Part shown: piece after piece, positions 40,154-53,500 of the stretch
Layout of the letters: each line of letters begins with the position of its first letter
Position numbering within the stretch: position 1 is the stretch's first letter
NCBI GenBank assembly: GCA_002269645.1
Contig: NIVC01001508.1
Span: forward strand, 108,792 to 172,791
DNA: 64,000 nucleotides
Reading direction: 5' to 3'
From: Macrostomum lignano
Lineage: Eukaryota
The notes under the pieces: model-generated
Seen by the model: the letters and a program-made list of their open reading frames with translations, nothing else
Databases searched by the model: none
Told to the model about the DNA's origin: nothing
Translations under genes and position numbers: made by a program

Positions 40154-42161
40154 TTAAACAACCGCAGGTCCGGGCAGCTCGCCGTTGTCCCTATAGGCAC
40201 CGCAGTCTACCAGCTGCCTACCAATCAACTGGTAGAGCCGGCTGTTTGGCCCAACCACACACTTGGCCACGGCCACCCTGTCGTGGCACACAATGCCGTG
40301 CACCCTGCTCCGGTGAGCTATCCTACTGGTGTAGTTGGTGAACAGTTTCCCACAGCCAGCCTGACCGCACAGCAGCAGCACCCGGTAGCGCTGGTGCCTG
40401 CCGCCCGAACTGGTCAGTCGCTGGAAATGCGAGACGGCTGCATCTGCCCGATCGAATTTCAAATCGCATTCGATACACGCGATGGGGGTAGCGGCCAGGG
40501 CGGAGTCTCGCGGAGGCTGATGCTCCTGCAGGTGAATGTCCAGCTGGCAGCCGCTAGAGGCCACCCGGCATAAGCTGGAGATTGGAATCGACAGGCAGTG
40601 CTGGCCGGCCAGCCGACAGCGCAGGGTGACCAACAGGCAGAGAGCTGACTGGCCGACCTCATTGGCCAAGGACAGGCTGAGCTGCTCGATTGAGTCCCGC
40701 AGCCTGCGGCACCTCCGTGTCGGTTGCGGGCACCGCTTCTGGGAGCGAAACACGCCGCTGACCTGCTCAGACTGCGGGTTTGGGGGCGAGTCTGGGGTAA
40801 TTTTAGGGCGATTCTGGGGGTGATTTTGGGGCGATTCTGGGGGTGATTTTGGGGCGATTCTGGGGGTGATTTTGGGGCGATTCTAGAGATGATTTTGGGG
40901 CGATTCTAGAAGTGATTTTGGGGCGATTCTAGAGGTGATTTTGGGGCGATTCTAGAGGTGATTTTGGGGCGATTCTAGAGGTGATTTTGGGGCGATTCTA
41001 GAGGTGATTTTGGGGCGATTCTAGAAGTGATTTTGGGGCGATTCTAGAGGTGATTTTGGGGTGATTCTAGAGGTGATTTTGGGGCGATTCTAGGGTGATT
41101 TTAGGGCGATTCTGGGGGTGATTTCGGGGCGATTCTGGAAATTATTTTGGGGCGATTCTGGGGGTGATTTTGGGGCGATTCTGGGGGTGATTTTGGGGCG
41201 ATTGTAGAGGTGATTTTGGGGCGATTCTAGAAGTGATTTTGGGGCGATTCTAGAGGTGATTTTGGGGCGATTCTAGAGGTGATTTTGGGGCGATTCTAGA
41301 GGTGATTTTGGGGCGATTCTAGAAGTGATTTTGGGGCGATTCTAGAGGTGATTTTGGGGCGATTCTAGAGGTGATTTTGGGGCGATTCTAGAGGTGATTT
41401 TGGGGCGATTCTAGGGTGATTTTAGGGCGATTCTGGGGGTGATTTCGGGGCGATTCTGGAAATTATTTTGGGGCGATTCTGGGGGTAATTTTGGGGCGAT
41501 TCTGGAGGTGATTTTGGGGCGATTCTGGAAATTATTTCGGGGCGATTCTGGAAATTATTTTGGGGCGATTCTGGGGGTGATTTTGGGGCGATTCTGGAGG
41601 TGATTTTGGGGCGATTCTGGAAATGATTTTGGGGCGATTTTGAAAATTATTTTGGGGCGATTTTGGAAATTATTTTGGGGCGATTCTGGGGCTTGGGGCG
41701 ATTCTGGAGGTGATTTTGGGGCGATACTGGAAATGATTTTGGGCGATTCTGGGGATGATTTTGGGGCGATTCTGGGGGTGATTTTGGGGCGATTCTGGAG
41801 GTGAGTTGGAGGCGATTCTAGAGGTGAGTTGGGGCGATTCTAGGGTTGAGTTTGGGCGATTCTAGATGTGAGTTGGGGGATTCTAGAGGTGAGTTGGGGC
41901 GACTCTAGACGGGAGTTGGGGCGATTCTAGAGATGATTCGAGGGCGATTCTAGAGGTGAGTTGGTGAATCTTTCCTACTGTCTGTCTCACCTTCTTCCTA
42001 GCCGCAGTGCGCAAGTCCAGGGCCATCTCACTGTGCTCAATATCGCCAAACAGCAGTTCAGACTGTCGCAAAGCGCTCTGAAAGCTAGCAGAGCCGCCTT
42101 CATCCAGCAGAGAGTCCAAGTCGATGCTAGCGAAAGCGGAGGCGGAATTCGATGACGTCAT
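40154..42161 (-). CDS. C2H2-type zinc-finger protein, about 262 aa; exons 42161-41991 and 40771-40154
   Basis: Donor AAG|gtgaga and acceptor cgcag|TCT join in phase 0. Contains CIECDLKF..SH and CGQAGCGKLFTNYTSRIAHRSRVH (C-x4-C-x12-H-x4-H). Confidence 0.65.
40790..41960. repeat. ~22-bp minisatellite (GGGGCGATTCTAGAGGTGATTTT) filling the zinc-finger gene intron
   Basis: Read directly; same family as 39595-39860. Confidence 0.95.
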
Positions 42162-42559
42162 GACTGTGAGCTGCTAATTCAAATGTCGGATTTAAATCTG
42201 GAATGAAACGATGTGAAAATCGCTTTAGAAGGGACTATAACTAGGTCAGCCAGACATACTACTGATTAAAGCAAAGAAAGAAACAAAAACAAAACATATC
42301 TTCTTCAAAACTTTTAAAGTAGTAAATAACGTGTATTTAGGCGTTGAAAAAAAAACGAAAGTAACATGATTAAACTAAAAAACAGAAATGTAAAAAATAA
42401 AAAGAAAAAAACCTGTTTATCAACACTGAGATTTATTAACAAAATTATGTTTTCCAATACTTTTGGATGAGTTGTTATAGGGGGGGGGTAAAAAACTTTA
42501 ACAACACAGTTTGGTTGATTTTGATAGCGGGTAGGACTTTTCTGGTTCTGGTTGGGGTT

Positions 42560-42870
42560 TATGAGTGATGGATAGGTGGAGTTTATGACCGATGGGTGGG
42601 TGGGGTTTATGAGTGATTGATGGGTGGGGTTTATGACTGATGGATGGGTGGGGTTTATGAGTGATTGATGGGTGGGGTTTATGACTGATAGATGGGTGGG
42701 GTTTATGACTGATAGATGGGTGGGGTTTATGACTGATAGATGGGTGGGGTTTATGACTGATGGAAGGGTGGGTTTATGACCGATGGATGGGTGGGTTTAT
42801 GACTGATGGAAGGGTGGGTTTATGACCGATGGATGGGTGGGTTTATGACTGATGGAAGGGTGGGTTTATG
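42560..42870. repeat. ~24-bp minisatellite (GGGTGGGGTTTATGACTGATAGAT)
   Basis: Read directly. Confidence 0.9.
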
Positions 42871-43269
42871 AGGGTGAGGTTAATGAGTGAGGTTGCATAG
42901 TAAACAACTCAAGCCACAAAGAAAAGCTTTGTGAGAGCAGCAGAACATATTAATTACCATGGCAACAAGGGAGCGCAAAGGTAAAGTAAGAAAAAATAGT
43001 GCTAAAATCAGCACATGATACAGACTACTTGGCAGTAACAAAAACAAGAAAAATGCAGAAAAAACTCGATTGCAAGCCAAATGCAAGCTTAAACTGGATG
43101 CACAAAAAATCTTCAAGAAACAACTAGGCAGCAAGCTTAAGCAAGATGATGAAAGCAGATTAGCAAAATACGCAATGAGAAACTGCGTGAAAATAACAAA
43201 AAATCAACACAATATTTGAATTGTGTTGAGGGCAATTTTAAACGGGAGCCTGAGGGTGATTCTGTATTA

Positions 43270-44655
43270 TAATCTGAGGGCGACTCTCTCCATTAGACTC
43301 TGAGAACGACTCTCTCTATTAGAATCGAGGGCAATTCTCTCTATTAGAATCTGAGGGCGATTCTCTCTATTAGAATCTGAGGGCGATTCTCTCTATTAGA
43401 ATCTGAGGGCAATTCTCTCTATTAGAATCTGAGGGCGATTCTCTCTATTAGAATCTGAGGGCGATTCTCTCTATTAGAATCTGAGGGCAATTCTCTCTAT
43501 TAGAATCTGAGGGCGATTCTCTCTATTAGAATCTGAGGGCAATTCTCTCTATTAGAATCTGAGGGCAATTCTCTCTATTAGAATCTGAGGGCGATTCTCT
43601 CTATTAGAATCTGAGGGCGATTCTCTCTATTAGAATCTGAGGGCGATTCTCTTTATTAGAATCTGAGGGCGATTCTCTCTATTAGATTCTGAGAACGACT
43701 CTCTCTATTAGAATCTGAGGGCGATTCTCTCTATTAGATTCTGAGAACGACTCTCTCTATTAGAATCTGAGGGCAATTCTCTCTATTAGAATCTGAGGGC
43801 GATTCTCTCTATTAGAATCTGAGGGCGATTCTCTCTATTAGAATCTGAGGGCAATTCTCTCTATTAGAATCTGAGGGCAATTCTCTCTATTAGAATCTGA
43901 GGGCGATTCTCTCTATTAGATTCTGAGAACGACTCTCTCTATTAGAATCTGAGGGCGATTCTCTCTATTAGATTCTGAGAACGACTCTCTCTATTAGAAT
44001 CTGAGGGCAATTCTCTCTATTAGAATCTGAGGGCGATTCTCTCTATTAGAATCTGAGGGCGATTCTCTCTATTAGAATCTGAGGGCGATTCTCTCTATTA
44101 GAATCTGAAGGCGATTCTCTCTATTAGAATCTGAGGGCAATTCTCTCTATTAGAATCTGAGGGCGACTCTCTATTAGATTCTGAGAACGACTCTCTCTAT
44201 TAGAATCTGAGGGCGATTCTCTCTATTAGAATCTGAGGGCAATTCTCTCTATTAGAATCTGAGGGCAATTCTCTCTATTAGAATCTGAGGGCGATTCTCT
44301 CTATTAGAATCTGAAGGCGATTCTCTCTATTAGAATCTGAGGGCAATTCTCTCTATTAGAATCTGAGGGCGACTCTCTATTAGATTCTGAGAACGACTCT
44401 CTCTATTAGAATCTGAGGGCGATTCTCTCTATTAGAATCTGAGGGCAATTCTCTCTATTAGAATCTGAAGGCAATTCTCTCTATTAGAATCTGAGGGCGA
44501 TTCTCTCTATTAGACTCTGAGAACGACTCTCTCTATTAGAATCTGAGGGCGACTCTCTCTATTAGAATCTGAGGGCGATTCTCTCTATTAGACTCTGAGA
44601 ACGACTCTCTCTATTAGAATCTGAGGGCGACTCTCTCTATTAGAATCTGAGGGCA
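43270..44655. repeat. 26-bp satellite (GAGGGCGATTCTCTCTATTAGAATCT), about 50 copies
   Basis: Read directly; each unit has an internal inverted pair GATTCT/AGAATC. Confidence 0.95.
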
Positions 44656-44751
44656 ACCTAATTGATCTGGGACGCTTCTTGGCCTGGCTGGCTGGTAGCG
44701 GTTTTCACCTGAACTGCTCAGCACAGCACTAACAAACGGATTACAAAAGTC

Positions 44752-47700
44752 TCAGTTAACTGAACTGTTTCTCCTCAACTCTCGAGCAAGATCCCGCCGA
44801 TTAAGCATTGTTAAATCAAGAAATGCTTTCAGAAACCGGACATGATCGGAAAGTGGGGGCTGAACTCCCCTCATCTGGACACTGTCCACACAGCGCCTGG
44901 CAGAGAGTAAATCCCCAGCAATGGTGTACAGGACAGCCAGGTTGTAGAGCTGGCTCTCATGATGCGGTGCCTGTGTACAGCTGCCGCATGCGATCAACAA
45001 CTGGATGGCCTCAGGGATGTGGCTCGATGTTGCTGGGTCGTTGGACACCTGCAAAATTGTGGTTTGTGCCGCAGTACGCATGATTTTGCAGGATTGTCTG
45101 TATTATCCTGTGGGATTCTGTGTCTGTATTATCCTGTGGGATTCTGTGTCTGTATTATCCTGTGGGATTCTGTGTCTGTATTATCCTGTGGGATTCTGTG
45201 TCTGTATTATCCTGTGGGATTCTGTGTCTGTATTATTCTGTGGGATTCTGTGTCTGTATTATCCTGTGGGATTCTGTGTCTGTATTATCCTGTGGGATTC
45301 TGTGTCTGTATTATCCTGTGGGATTCTGTGTCTGTATTATTCTGTGGGATTCTGTGTCTGTATTATCCTGTGGGATTCTGTGTCTGTATTATCCTGTAGG
45401 GTTCTGTGTCTGTATTATCCTGTGGGGTTCTGTGTCTGTATTATCCTGTGGGGTTCTGTGTCTGTATTATCCTGTAGGGTTCTGTGTCTGTATTATCCTG
45501 TGGGGTTCTGTGTCTGTATTATCCTGTAGGGTTCTGTGTCTGCATTATCCTGTGGGATTCTGTGTCTGTATTATCCTGTAGGGTTCTGTGTCTGTATTAT
45601 CCTGTGGGGTTCTGTGTCTGTATTATCCTGTGGGGTTCTGTGTCTGTATTATCCTGTAGGATTCTGTGTCTGTATTATCCTGTGGGATTCTGTGTCTGTA
45701 TTATCCTGTAGGGTTCTGTGTCTGTATTATCCTGTGGGATTCTGTGTCTGTATTATCCTGTAGGGTTCTGTGTCTGTATTATCCTGTGGGATTCTGTGTC
45801 TGTATTATCCTGTGGGATTCTGTGTCTGTATTATCCTGTAGGGTTCTGTGTCTTATATTGAACACTGTACGATCATGCACGTGGGATTATGTATAAGATT
45901 GCGTCAGTTCACAATCATGGGATTCTGGAACATTCTGTGAGATGACTTTATTACATCTAGGTCTCGGGACAATTAGCAAAGAAAACTTACCTGCAGATGA
46001 ACCAAAGCCTGTGCCAGGTAGTCCCTGGCAAGGCAGGTCTGCGACTCGGACAGCCCTGGCTGAGTCAGCAGTTGGCGGCAGCACCGCTCAGCCCGGGCGA
46101 AGTCTCCGAGGCCCAGGGCGCAGTAGGCGGCGACGGAGAGCGCGGCCGAGCGGAGCTCGAGAATGCGTCGGCGGCTGCTCAGGTTGCCAAGGCGACCCGG
46201 ACTGAGCGGTAGGGACACCTGGGTTCCAATAACGATTTTTCATATGCATTGTGCATGCTTCTATAAGACTTATTAGAAGACTTATTATAAAACTGAAATT
46301 TTTATTAGACTCGGTGCCTGTGCGCTGGCGAGAGGCATTATTGCCAATGCCGCCGACTCCGCTGAGCAGGCGGATACGTACGCAGTCATACGCACAGGCA
46401 CACACACAGGAGTGTACAGCAGCCCTAACTTAGGCATGTACATTTTAGATTCCAATTTAGCCCCAAATTAATGTAACTGCACTTGGAATCGAGCCTGGGT
46501 TAGAGCGCCGCGCTGGATCACTGGGCTAAAAATATTTAAGATCCCTATTTGAGGGAAATTAATTGATTCCAACCAAATAAATCAAAGATCCTAACCCAAC
46601 AGTTCAAAGATCCCCAAACCAACAAATTAAAGATCCCATATTAATAAATCAAAGATCCCCAAACCAATAAAACTAATATCTCCATATCAATAAATCAAAG
46701 ATCCCCAAACCAATAAAACTAATATCTCCATATCAATAAATCAAAGATCCCCAAACCAATAAATCTAAGATCCTCATATCAATAAATAAAAGATCCTCAA
46801 ACCAATAAATCTAAGATCCTCATCAATAAATCAAAGATCCTCAAACCAATAAATCTAAGATCTCATATCAATAAATCAAAGATCCCTAAACCAATAAATC
46901 TAAGATCTCATCTCAATAAATCAAAGATCCCCAACTTAAATAATCAAAGATCCCCAACCCAATAAATCAAAGATCCCCAACCCAATAAATCAAAGATCCC
47001 AAACCAAACAATAAAAAATCCCATAGGCGTAATCCAACTCACATGGCCACCCGGCTCTGTCAGCGGTAGCAGAAGCAGAGCATTGCTGGCGCAGATGGCG
47101 CCAAACTCCAGCGTAGGCGCCGGCATCGCGGCCATTGAGTCGCCATTATTAATTTTATTAGATTCGCCATTTCCGCATAGCAACGGATTGAGAACTAACT
47201 TCCGGTGCAAAGTGGAACCGATTGATTCAATTCGCCAAGCGCATTGGCGGTCTGCGATTGACTGCTGATGCTGGTGAACGCAGCATTCAGCAAGGCGAAG
47301 CCATAGACAGGGATTTCCCGGAAATTTGTTGGCCACTTCTAGCAGACAGTTGAACGCCTGTGCCGGCCTGCCGCTGTCAAATGTTTTGTTTTGCGCGAGC
47401 ACGTGATAATCATTAGCACACAGGCATTAGGATAATAATTAGCACAGCAGATATTAGTATAATCATTGGCACACAGGCATTAGGATAATAATTAGCACAG
47501 CAGATATTAGTATAATCATTGGCACACAGGCATTAGGATAATCATTAGCACGTAGGCATTAGGATAATCATTAGCACACAGACATTAGGATAATCATTAG
47601 CACACAGGCATTAGGATAATCATTAGCACACAGGCATTAGGATAATCATTAGCACGTAGGCATTAGGATAATCATTAGCACACAGACATTAGGCATCCGG

Positions 47701-50514
47701 CAGATATTAAGCAGATAAGAAAACACTATTTTATGTAATATAATAAGACACACCTAAACAGCAAAGCCAGACCCAGATTGTGCAGCAGCTCAAAGTGCCG
47801 ATCGGACGCGAGCATGCTCAAACTGGCTGTATGCGGTTGCCATGACAACGTAGACGCAGTTTCATCTGCCGATTGGCTTTGCTGTTGAATCAGCTGATTG
47901 CAATCCTCAACTTGACACTGCAGCGCTTGCCTGAGACAGTGCTGAGCCAGCCTAGGTTTACCCTGCCGCAAATACACGCAGGACAGATTATTGAGAACAA
48001 TGAGACTATGGTCTCTGTTGGCCGTGGCGATAGAGCGCAACAATGACAAAGACTGCTCAAGGCTGCCAGAGAAATACAATAATTGAGCTTTGCGAATTTC
48101 TGACAGCAATTTGAAGCTTAACTTGACCTCGTCTGCCGATTGTACCTGCAGTTGGGAAATAGGCACGGTAATCAAGAATCTTTGAGTGGGGAGAATCTTC
48201 AGGGGAATGGGGAGAATCTTCAAAAGAATGGGGAGAATCTTCAGGAGAATGGGGCACCAATCTTCAGGAGAATGGGGAGAATCTTCAGGAGAATGGGGAG
48301 AATCTTCAGGAGAATGGGGCACGAATCTTCAGGAGAATGGGGAGAATCTTCAGGAGAATGGGGCACGAATCTTCAGGAGAATGAAGAGAATCTTCAGGGG
48401 AATGGGGAGAATCTTCAGGGGAATGGGGAGAATCTTCAGGGGAATGGGGAGAATCTTCAGGGGAATGGGGAGAATCTTCAGGAGAATGGGGCTCGAATTT
48501 TCAGGGGAATGGGGAAAATCTTCAGGGTAATGGTGCTCTAATCTTCAGGAGAATGGGGAGAATCTTCAGGGTAATGGTGCTCTAATCTTCAGGAGAATGG
48601 TGAGAATCTTCAGGGTAATGGTGCTCTAATCTTCAGGAGAATGGGGAGAATCTTCAGGAGAGTGGGGAGAATCTTCAGGAGAATGGGGCACGAATCTTCA
48701 GGGGAATGGGGAGAATCTTTAGGATGATTGGGGAAAACCTTCACGGGAATGGGGAGAATCTTCAGGAGAATGGGGCTCGAATTTTCAGGGGAATGGGGAA
48801 AATCTTCAGGAGAATGGGGCTCGAATTTTCAGGGGAATGGGGAAAATCTTCAGGGTAATGGTGCTCTAATCTTCAGGAGAATGGGGAGAATCTTTAGGAT
48901 GATTGGGGAAAACCTTCACGGGAATGGGGCTCGAATCTTCAGGGGGATTGGGAAAAATCTTCAAGGGAATAGGGCTCGAATCTTCTGGGGAATGGGGAGA
49001 ATCTTCAGGGGAATAGGGCTCGAATCTTCAGGAGAATGGGGCACCAATCTTCAGAGGAATGGGGAGAATATTCATGGGAGTGGGGAGACTTAGCATTCTA
49101 GAATGAAAGAGAAGCAAGAGGCAAACATACAGTACCACAAGAATTTAATTAAGACACTATAAAAACTGGAACCTACCTCCGTACACAATTCAGTTACTAG
49201 GCTTAACGCTCCATCAAATTTTTTGAGCATCAGTGAGGCCTCGATTCTGGCATCCAATTGAATTAAGCGTTCCCTAGTATCTTGCTTCAGACTAGCATGG
49301 ATATCTGAGTCTGAACAGGCGCTATTGGAGCCAGGTTTTGGCGACAGAGCCTGAGCAACAGCTCTGAGAATAGCGGCCTGCTCAGGAGAGCTGGGAGCCG
49401 GCGGCCTACTTTTAGCCTCGCTGTCAATCAGCTTGATGGCGGCGTCTGGCAGGCGCAGCCGCAACAGCAGGGTGTCCAGCAGCAGTTCACGGATAGCAGC
49501 GCCCAGACGGCAGTCAGGCGGTGCCAGAGGCAGCGCCAGCTCAAGCAGGCGCCTGGCCTCTGAGTGCCTGCGCTGGTAGTGCAGCACCAAGGCGAAGTTG
49601 TACAGCAGGGCGGAGCAGGCGGGGTCTTGGGCGGCGGCAGGCTGAAGGTTGGGACAGTCAGTTTTATGAGAGGATCTGGGAGGCTGGCCCAGCAACTGAC
49701 ACTCTGGGAGGCTGGCCCAGCAACTGACACTCTGGGAGGCTGGCCCAGCAACTGACACTCTGGGAGGCTGGCCCAGCAACTGAGAATCTGGGAGGCTGGC
49801 CCAGCAACTGAGGATCTGGGAGGCTGGCCCAGCAACTGAGGATCTGGGAGGCTGGCCCAGCAACTGAGGATCTGGGAGGCTGGCCCAGCAACTGAGGATC
49901 TGAGAGGCTGGCTCAGCAACTGAGGATCTGGGAGGTTGGTGGCCCAGCAACTGAGGATCTGGGAGGCTGGCCCAGCAACTGAGGATCTGGGAGGCTGGCC
50001 CAGGAACTGAGGATCTGGGAGGCTGGCCTAGCAACTGAGGATCTCCTGAGAAATGTAGGGCCTGGAAATACAACTAAGACAATATCATAAAAGCATAAAA
50101 ACTAAAAAGTTCTATTGTTTGTCTTAATCGAATGCAGCAAATCAAACAAGCTCCAACCTCTTCAGCTGTTTGAACCAGCAGTTCCTGCCAGGAAGAATCA
50201 GCGGCAGCAGCAGCAGCAGCCAATGCCAGTTCCTGGCCAAATTTGTCCACACAGTTACCGCCAGAGTTATAAAATTGCAGCACAGCCCAGTTGACAAGCA
50301 GGCCAGGATGATGGCTGTCACAAGCTTTCAGCCAGTTAAGTGCAGTCTGGCATTTATCAAGCTGGTTGCTATAGAAAAATTCTGTTGCTTGACTGGCTAG
50401 CAGAGATTCTTGCACACTAAATGGCTGGTTGATATTGCCCACACACTTGAGCTTATTCGCTAGAGGCTCATCTCTGTCTTGTAGCTGATGCTGCTCTTGG
50501 GCTGAGTTTGGCAT
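44752..50514 (-). CDS. CNOT10: CCR4-NOT subunit 10 (TPR-rich), spliced. Exons approximately 50514-50158, 49645-49165, 48140-47757, 47372-47040, 46190-45990, 45048-44752
   Basis: LVNWAVLQFY; ALLYNFALVLHYQRR; VLNNLSCVYLRQGK; RHFELLHNLGLALL-SGRPAQAFNCLLEV..NPCLWLRLAECC; AYCALGLGDF..LLTQPGLS; LYNLAVLY..AFLDL. Motif order matches CNOT10. Exon ends are approximate. Confidence 0.85.
45093..45850. repeat. 26-bp minisatellite (TGTGTCTGTATTATCCTGTGGGATTC) in a CNOT10 intron
   Basis: Read directly. Confidence 0.95.
46480..46530 (-). mobile_element. Possible short tRNA/SINE remnant
   Basis: Minus strand TAGCCCAGTG (A-box-like) and GGCTCGATTCC (B-box-like); too short for a full tRNA. Confidence 0.3.
46570..47010. 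repeat. 21-23-bp A-rich minisatellite (CCAATAAATCAAAGATCCCCAA) in a CNOT10 intron
   Basis: Read directly. Confidence 0.9.
47405..47695. repeat. 26-bp minisatellite (CATTAGGATAATCATTAGCACACAGG) in a CNOT10 intron
   Basis: Read directly. Confidence 0.9.
48190..49085. repeat. 21-bp minisatellite (GAATCTTCAGGAGAATGGGGA) in a CNOT10 intron
   Basis: Read directly. Confidence 0.95.
49672..50042. repeat. 28-bp minisatellite (GGAGGCTGGCCCAGCAACTGAGGATCTG) in a CNOT10 intron
   Basis: Read directly. Confidence 0.95.
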
Positions 50515-53500
50515 TTTTAGAATCTTGAGTGCACTCAAATGGAAGTCTGAAATTTTGAAATAAAAAAATTGTGATTGTTTCTTAAAAATTAATTATATCC
50601 AGTTTCTTAGTTATTTAGTCATTCATCATCCCAATGCTATTGTCAACTTCAACTTCCTGTTGCAACAAAGTCAGATTTTTCTTATCAAGCTTCAATATTT
50701 TGAACATACATTATTATACATTACAATGGGCCAACCTCATTTGTTAGGTACCTTGAGCTAGTTTCTCAAGCATCTGGTTGTCATTCAAATGCTGTTAGCA
50801 CTTTCAAAAGACAAAAAGAAACCTGACTATAGATATAAAAAGATTTTTAAGATTGCTACTGTGCAGGGCCCCTCCCGATTTCTTTATAAAATAGTCACCA
50901 TTTAGTCAATTTGAATTCATGGCAAAACTGAGAAACATATTTTGTTTTAATACTCATATTTTCTATAATATTTTACGCAAACTAATTTTTGTTTAAACTA
51001 GCAGTAAATTTTAGTATAAATAGAAGCAATTTCAATGGAGGAGAGACCAACCTTGTGCATTGTGGTTCCGCAATAAGTGATTGATAGCGAATAGTAAGAG
51101 TTCGGAGAAAATAAGAATTGAAGAAGTGTTTTCTGTGTTAATTCCTTTTAGGAAGTAAGAGTGAAATAGACTGAAGCATATACAGTACATACTATTGAGA
51201 AGCAGCAGTATTGAGTAGTAAGAAACTACAAAGTAGATCTGAAGTGATACGTGTTAGAATAACTGGAGGCTGTGACCTTCTGATCTCGGTAATGCCCAAG
51301 GACTTGCAAAGTACATGGAATACATATACCAGTATAGCCAATAGACCACTCAGGCCAAAAATACAGCAAATGCTACCGGAATCCGAATATACGCTACCAG
51401 AATAACAGAGGAATAAAATCTTTAAGGGCTAATAGTTTCCAAGAATAATACTCAGACTAAAAACTCAGACTAAATACTAAGATATATACTCAGATCAATT
51501 CTAAGAAATGTTTCTCAGATTATTCTAAGATTGATAAACTCATAATTTATTAATAGGATAATCCTGGTGGCAGCTACCAAAATTTATAATAACAGGAATT
51601 TAGCCCTTTGACAATTTTAGTGACAGCTATGGAATCATTTGAAGAGACAGAAGAATCAGCCCTTTGACACTACCAAGTATACATGAAATCAAATAAAATT
51701 ACCATTATAATCAAAACAAACTTTTCAATATGTTGAGTTTTAAGTAATAGCTATCATACTTTAATTGTAATTGTATTTTATATGTCTAGTATCATCTGTT
51801 GAAGGTGCCAAATAGCAATAGGGTAATAATAAAATGATTAAAGACTAGCTAAGGATACCAAAAATATAGACTTAGTAGTAATTAGGCCTTGATAATGAGG
51901 TATTTAGCCTTAATATAAAATAGTAATAGTTACTCCTCTTATTTAACCAAAATTGCATTAATTTTTCTTTAGGGCTTTTTTTCCTAAGTAAGTTACATTT
52001 TTGGTCAAAAAGTAAATTACATAGTGTTAACATTTTGTCAACATTGGTTGCGAATGACAAAAGTTATCAACTTTTTACTTTTTGTAAAACTATATTTACT
52101 TTTTACTTTAGTAAATCAAGTGCATTACATGGGCCACCTTACAAATCGGGTGAGTTGAGTAGGCCTATATATGAAAAAAGTCAGAGCAAATGCAAACACT
52201 TGCTTTGGAAATAATATGCTAATAAAATTAGAAGCTTGGCAAGGCTACACTAAGGTATAATGCTGGTTGGTGCATAAGAACATTTTGAATAATATATTAG
52301 CACTTATAAGGAAAAAATGAAATCAAATTATACAAAAAATAGTTAGGCTTTTTGTCTAAAATTATAATTAATAAAATATATCTAGTCTAGATAGGCATCT
52401 ACTTATAGCAGAATCATTGAAGATTGAATAGGCCTATCTTAATTTTTGATAGTCTAAGGTTTGGCAACTAGACTTTTCAAACTTGAGTCTTCTTATTTGA
52501 GAAGGTATATTAACAAAACAGTTAGCATATATTCTTAAATCTTATATGCCTGAATTGCTTTATTTTAATATAGCAAAATTGTCAAAAATCCCCTTTTGAT
52601 AGTTTGACAAGTGGAAAATGGCATAGTATTCTTATTGCTATAAAGAACTAATAGACCTAAACATAATTTAACCTTAGCTAGGCATATATGCTATATCTGG
52701 TAAAAAAAAAGTTATCATAGGCCTTATACATAATTGATACTAAAATTGCTAGGGACCTATATCTATAATTATGATTATGAACATAGTATGTAGTACATAA
52801 TCATATTAAGTTATTTAACAAGTGTTTACTTATCAGCTTATCCCATGTGCATAAGCGCAATTTCTGGCTAATCTAGCTAATCTACCAAGCATAAATTAAC
52901 AGACCAATGATAAGTTGCAAAATTTGTCATTAGAAATTTTTAGCTTATGATATAACAAATAAACTTTTGAAAAAATTATGACCTAGGCCTATATATAGGC
53001 CCTATTTATTAGTCTTAAAAGACATTATTTAAAGCTTCATCTTTATTATGATAACTAGAGCCTATGACATGTTCTATAATTTGGTTAGCATTTAAATTAA
53101 AATACTTAAAATTGTTTAAAAATGACATTTAAAGCCCTAGCAAGACAAAAGCCAAACTAGGGCCTATACTAGATACTATACTATTCTTCTATAGCCTAAT
53201 TTTGAATGATGGGCCTACTTCAATAACATTAACAATAAAAATCCTGGTGAGATATTAAAAGTGTTATCAGATCAGTGATTAGCTCAAGTTCCTCTAAGAG
53301 TTCGCATTATATATATCTCTAATTTCATCATTACTTACAATATAAATTAGGTTACATAAATCTAAGCCTCTGCTCTAGCAATATTTTCTTACTTTACACG
53401 GCCGCCTGTTAGAACACCACATGTTAGCTTGTTAGCCTACACTGAACTATGCTGCACTGCACGAAGCTACTGTACAAAGCCTGTCCAGTATTGTGTGCAC

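Noticed and set aside
43270-50042. Regular 21-28-bp repeats resembling CRISPR arrays
   Set aside because: Units are contiguous with no unique spacers, there are no cas genes, and the context is eukaryotic and intronic.
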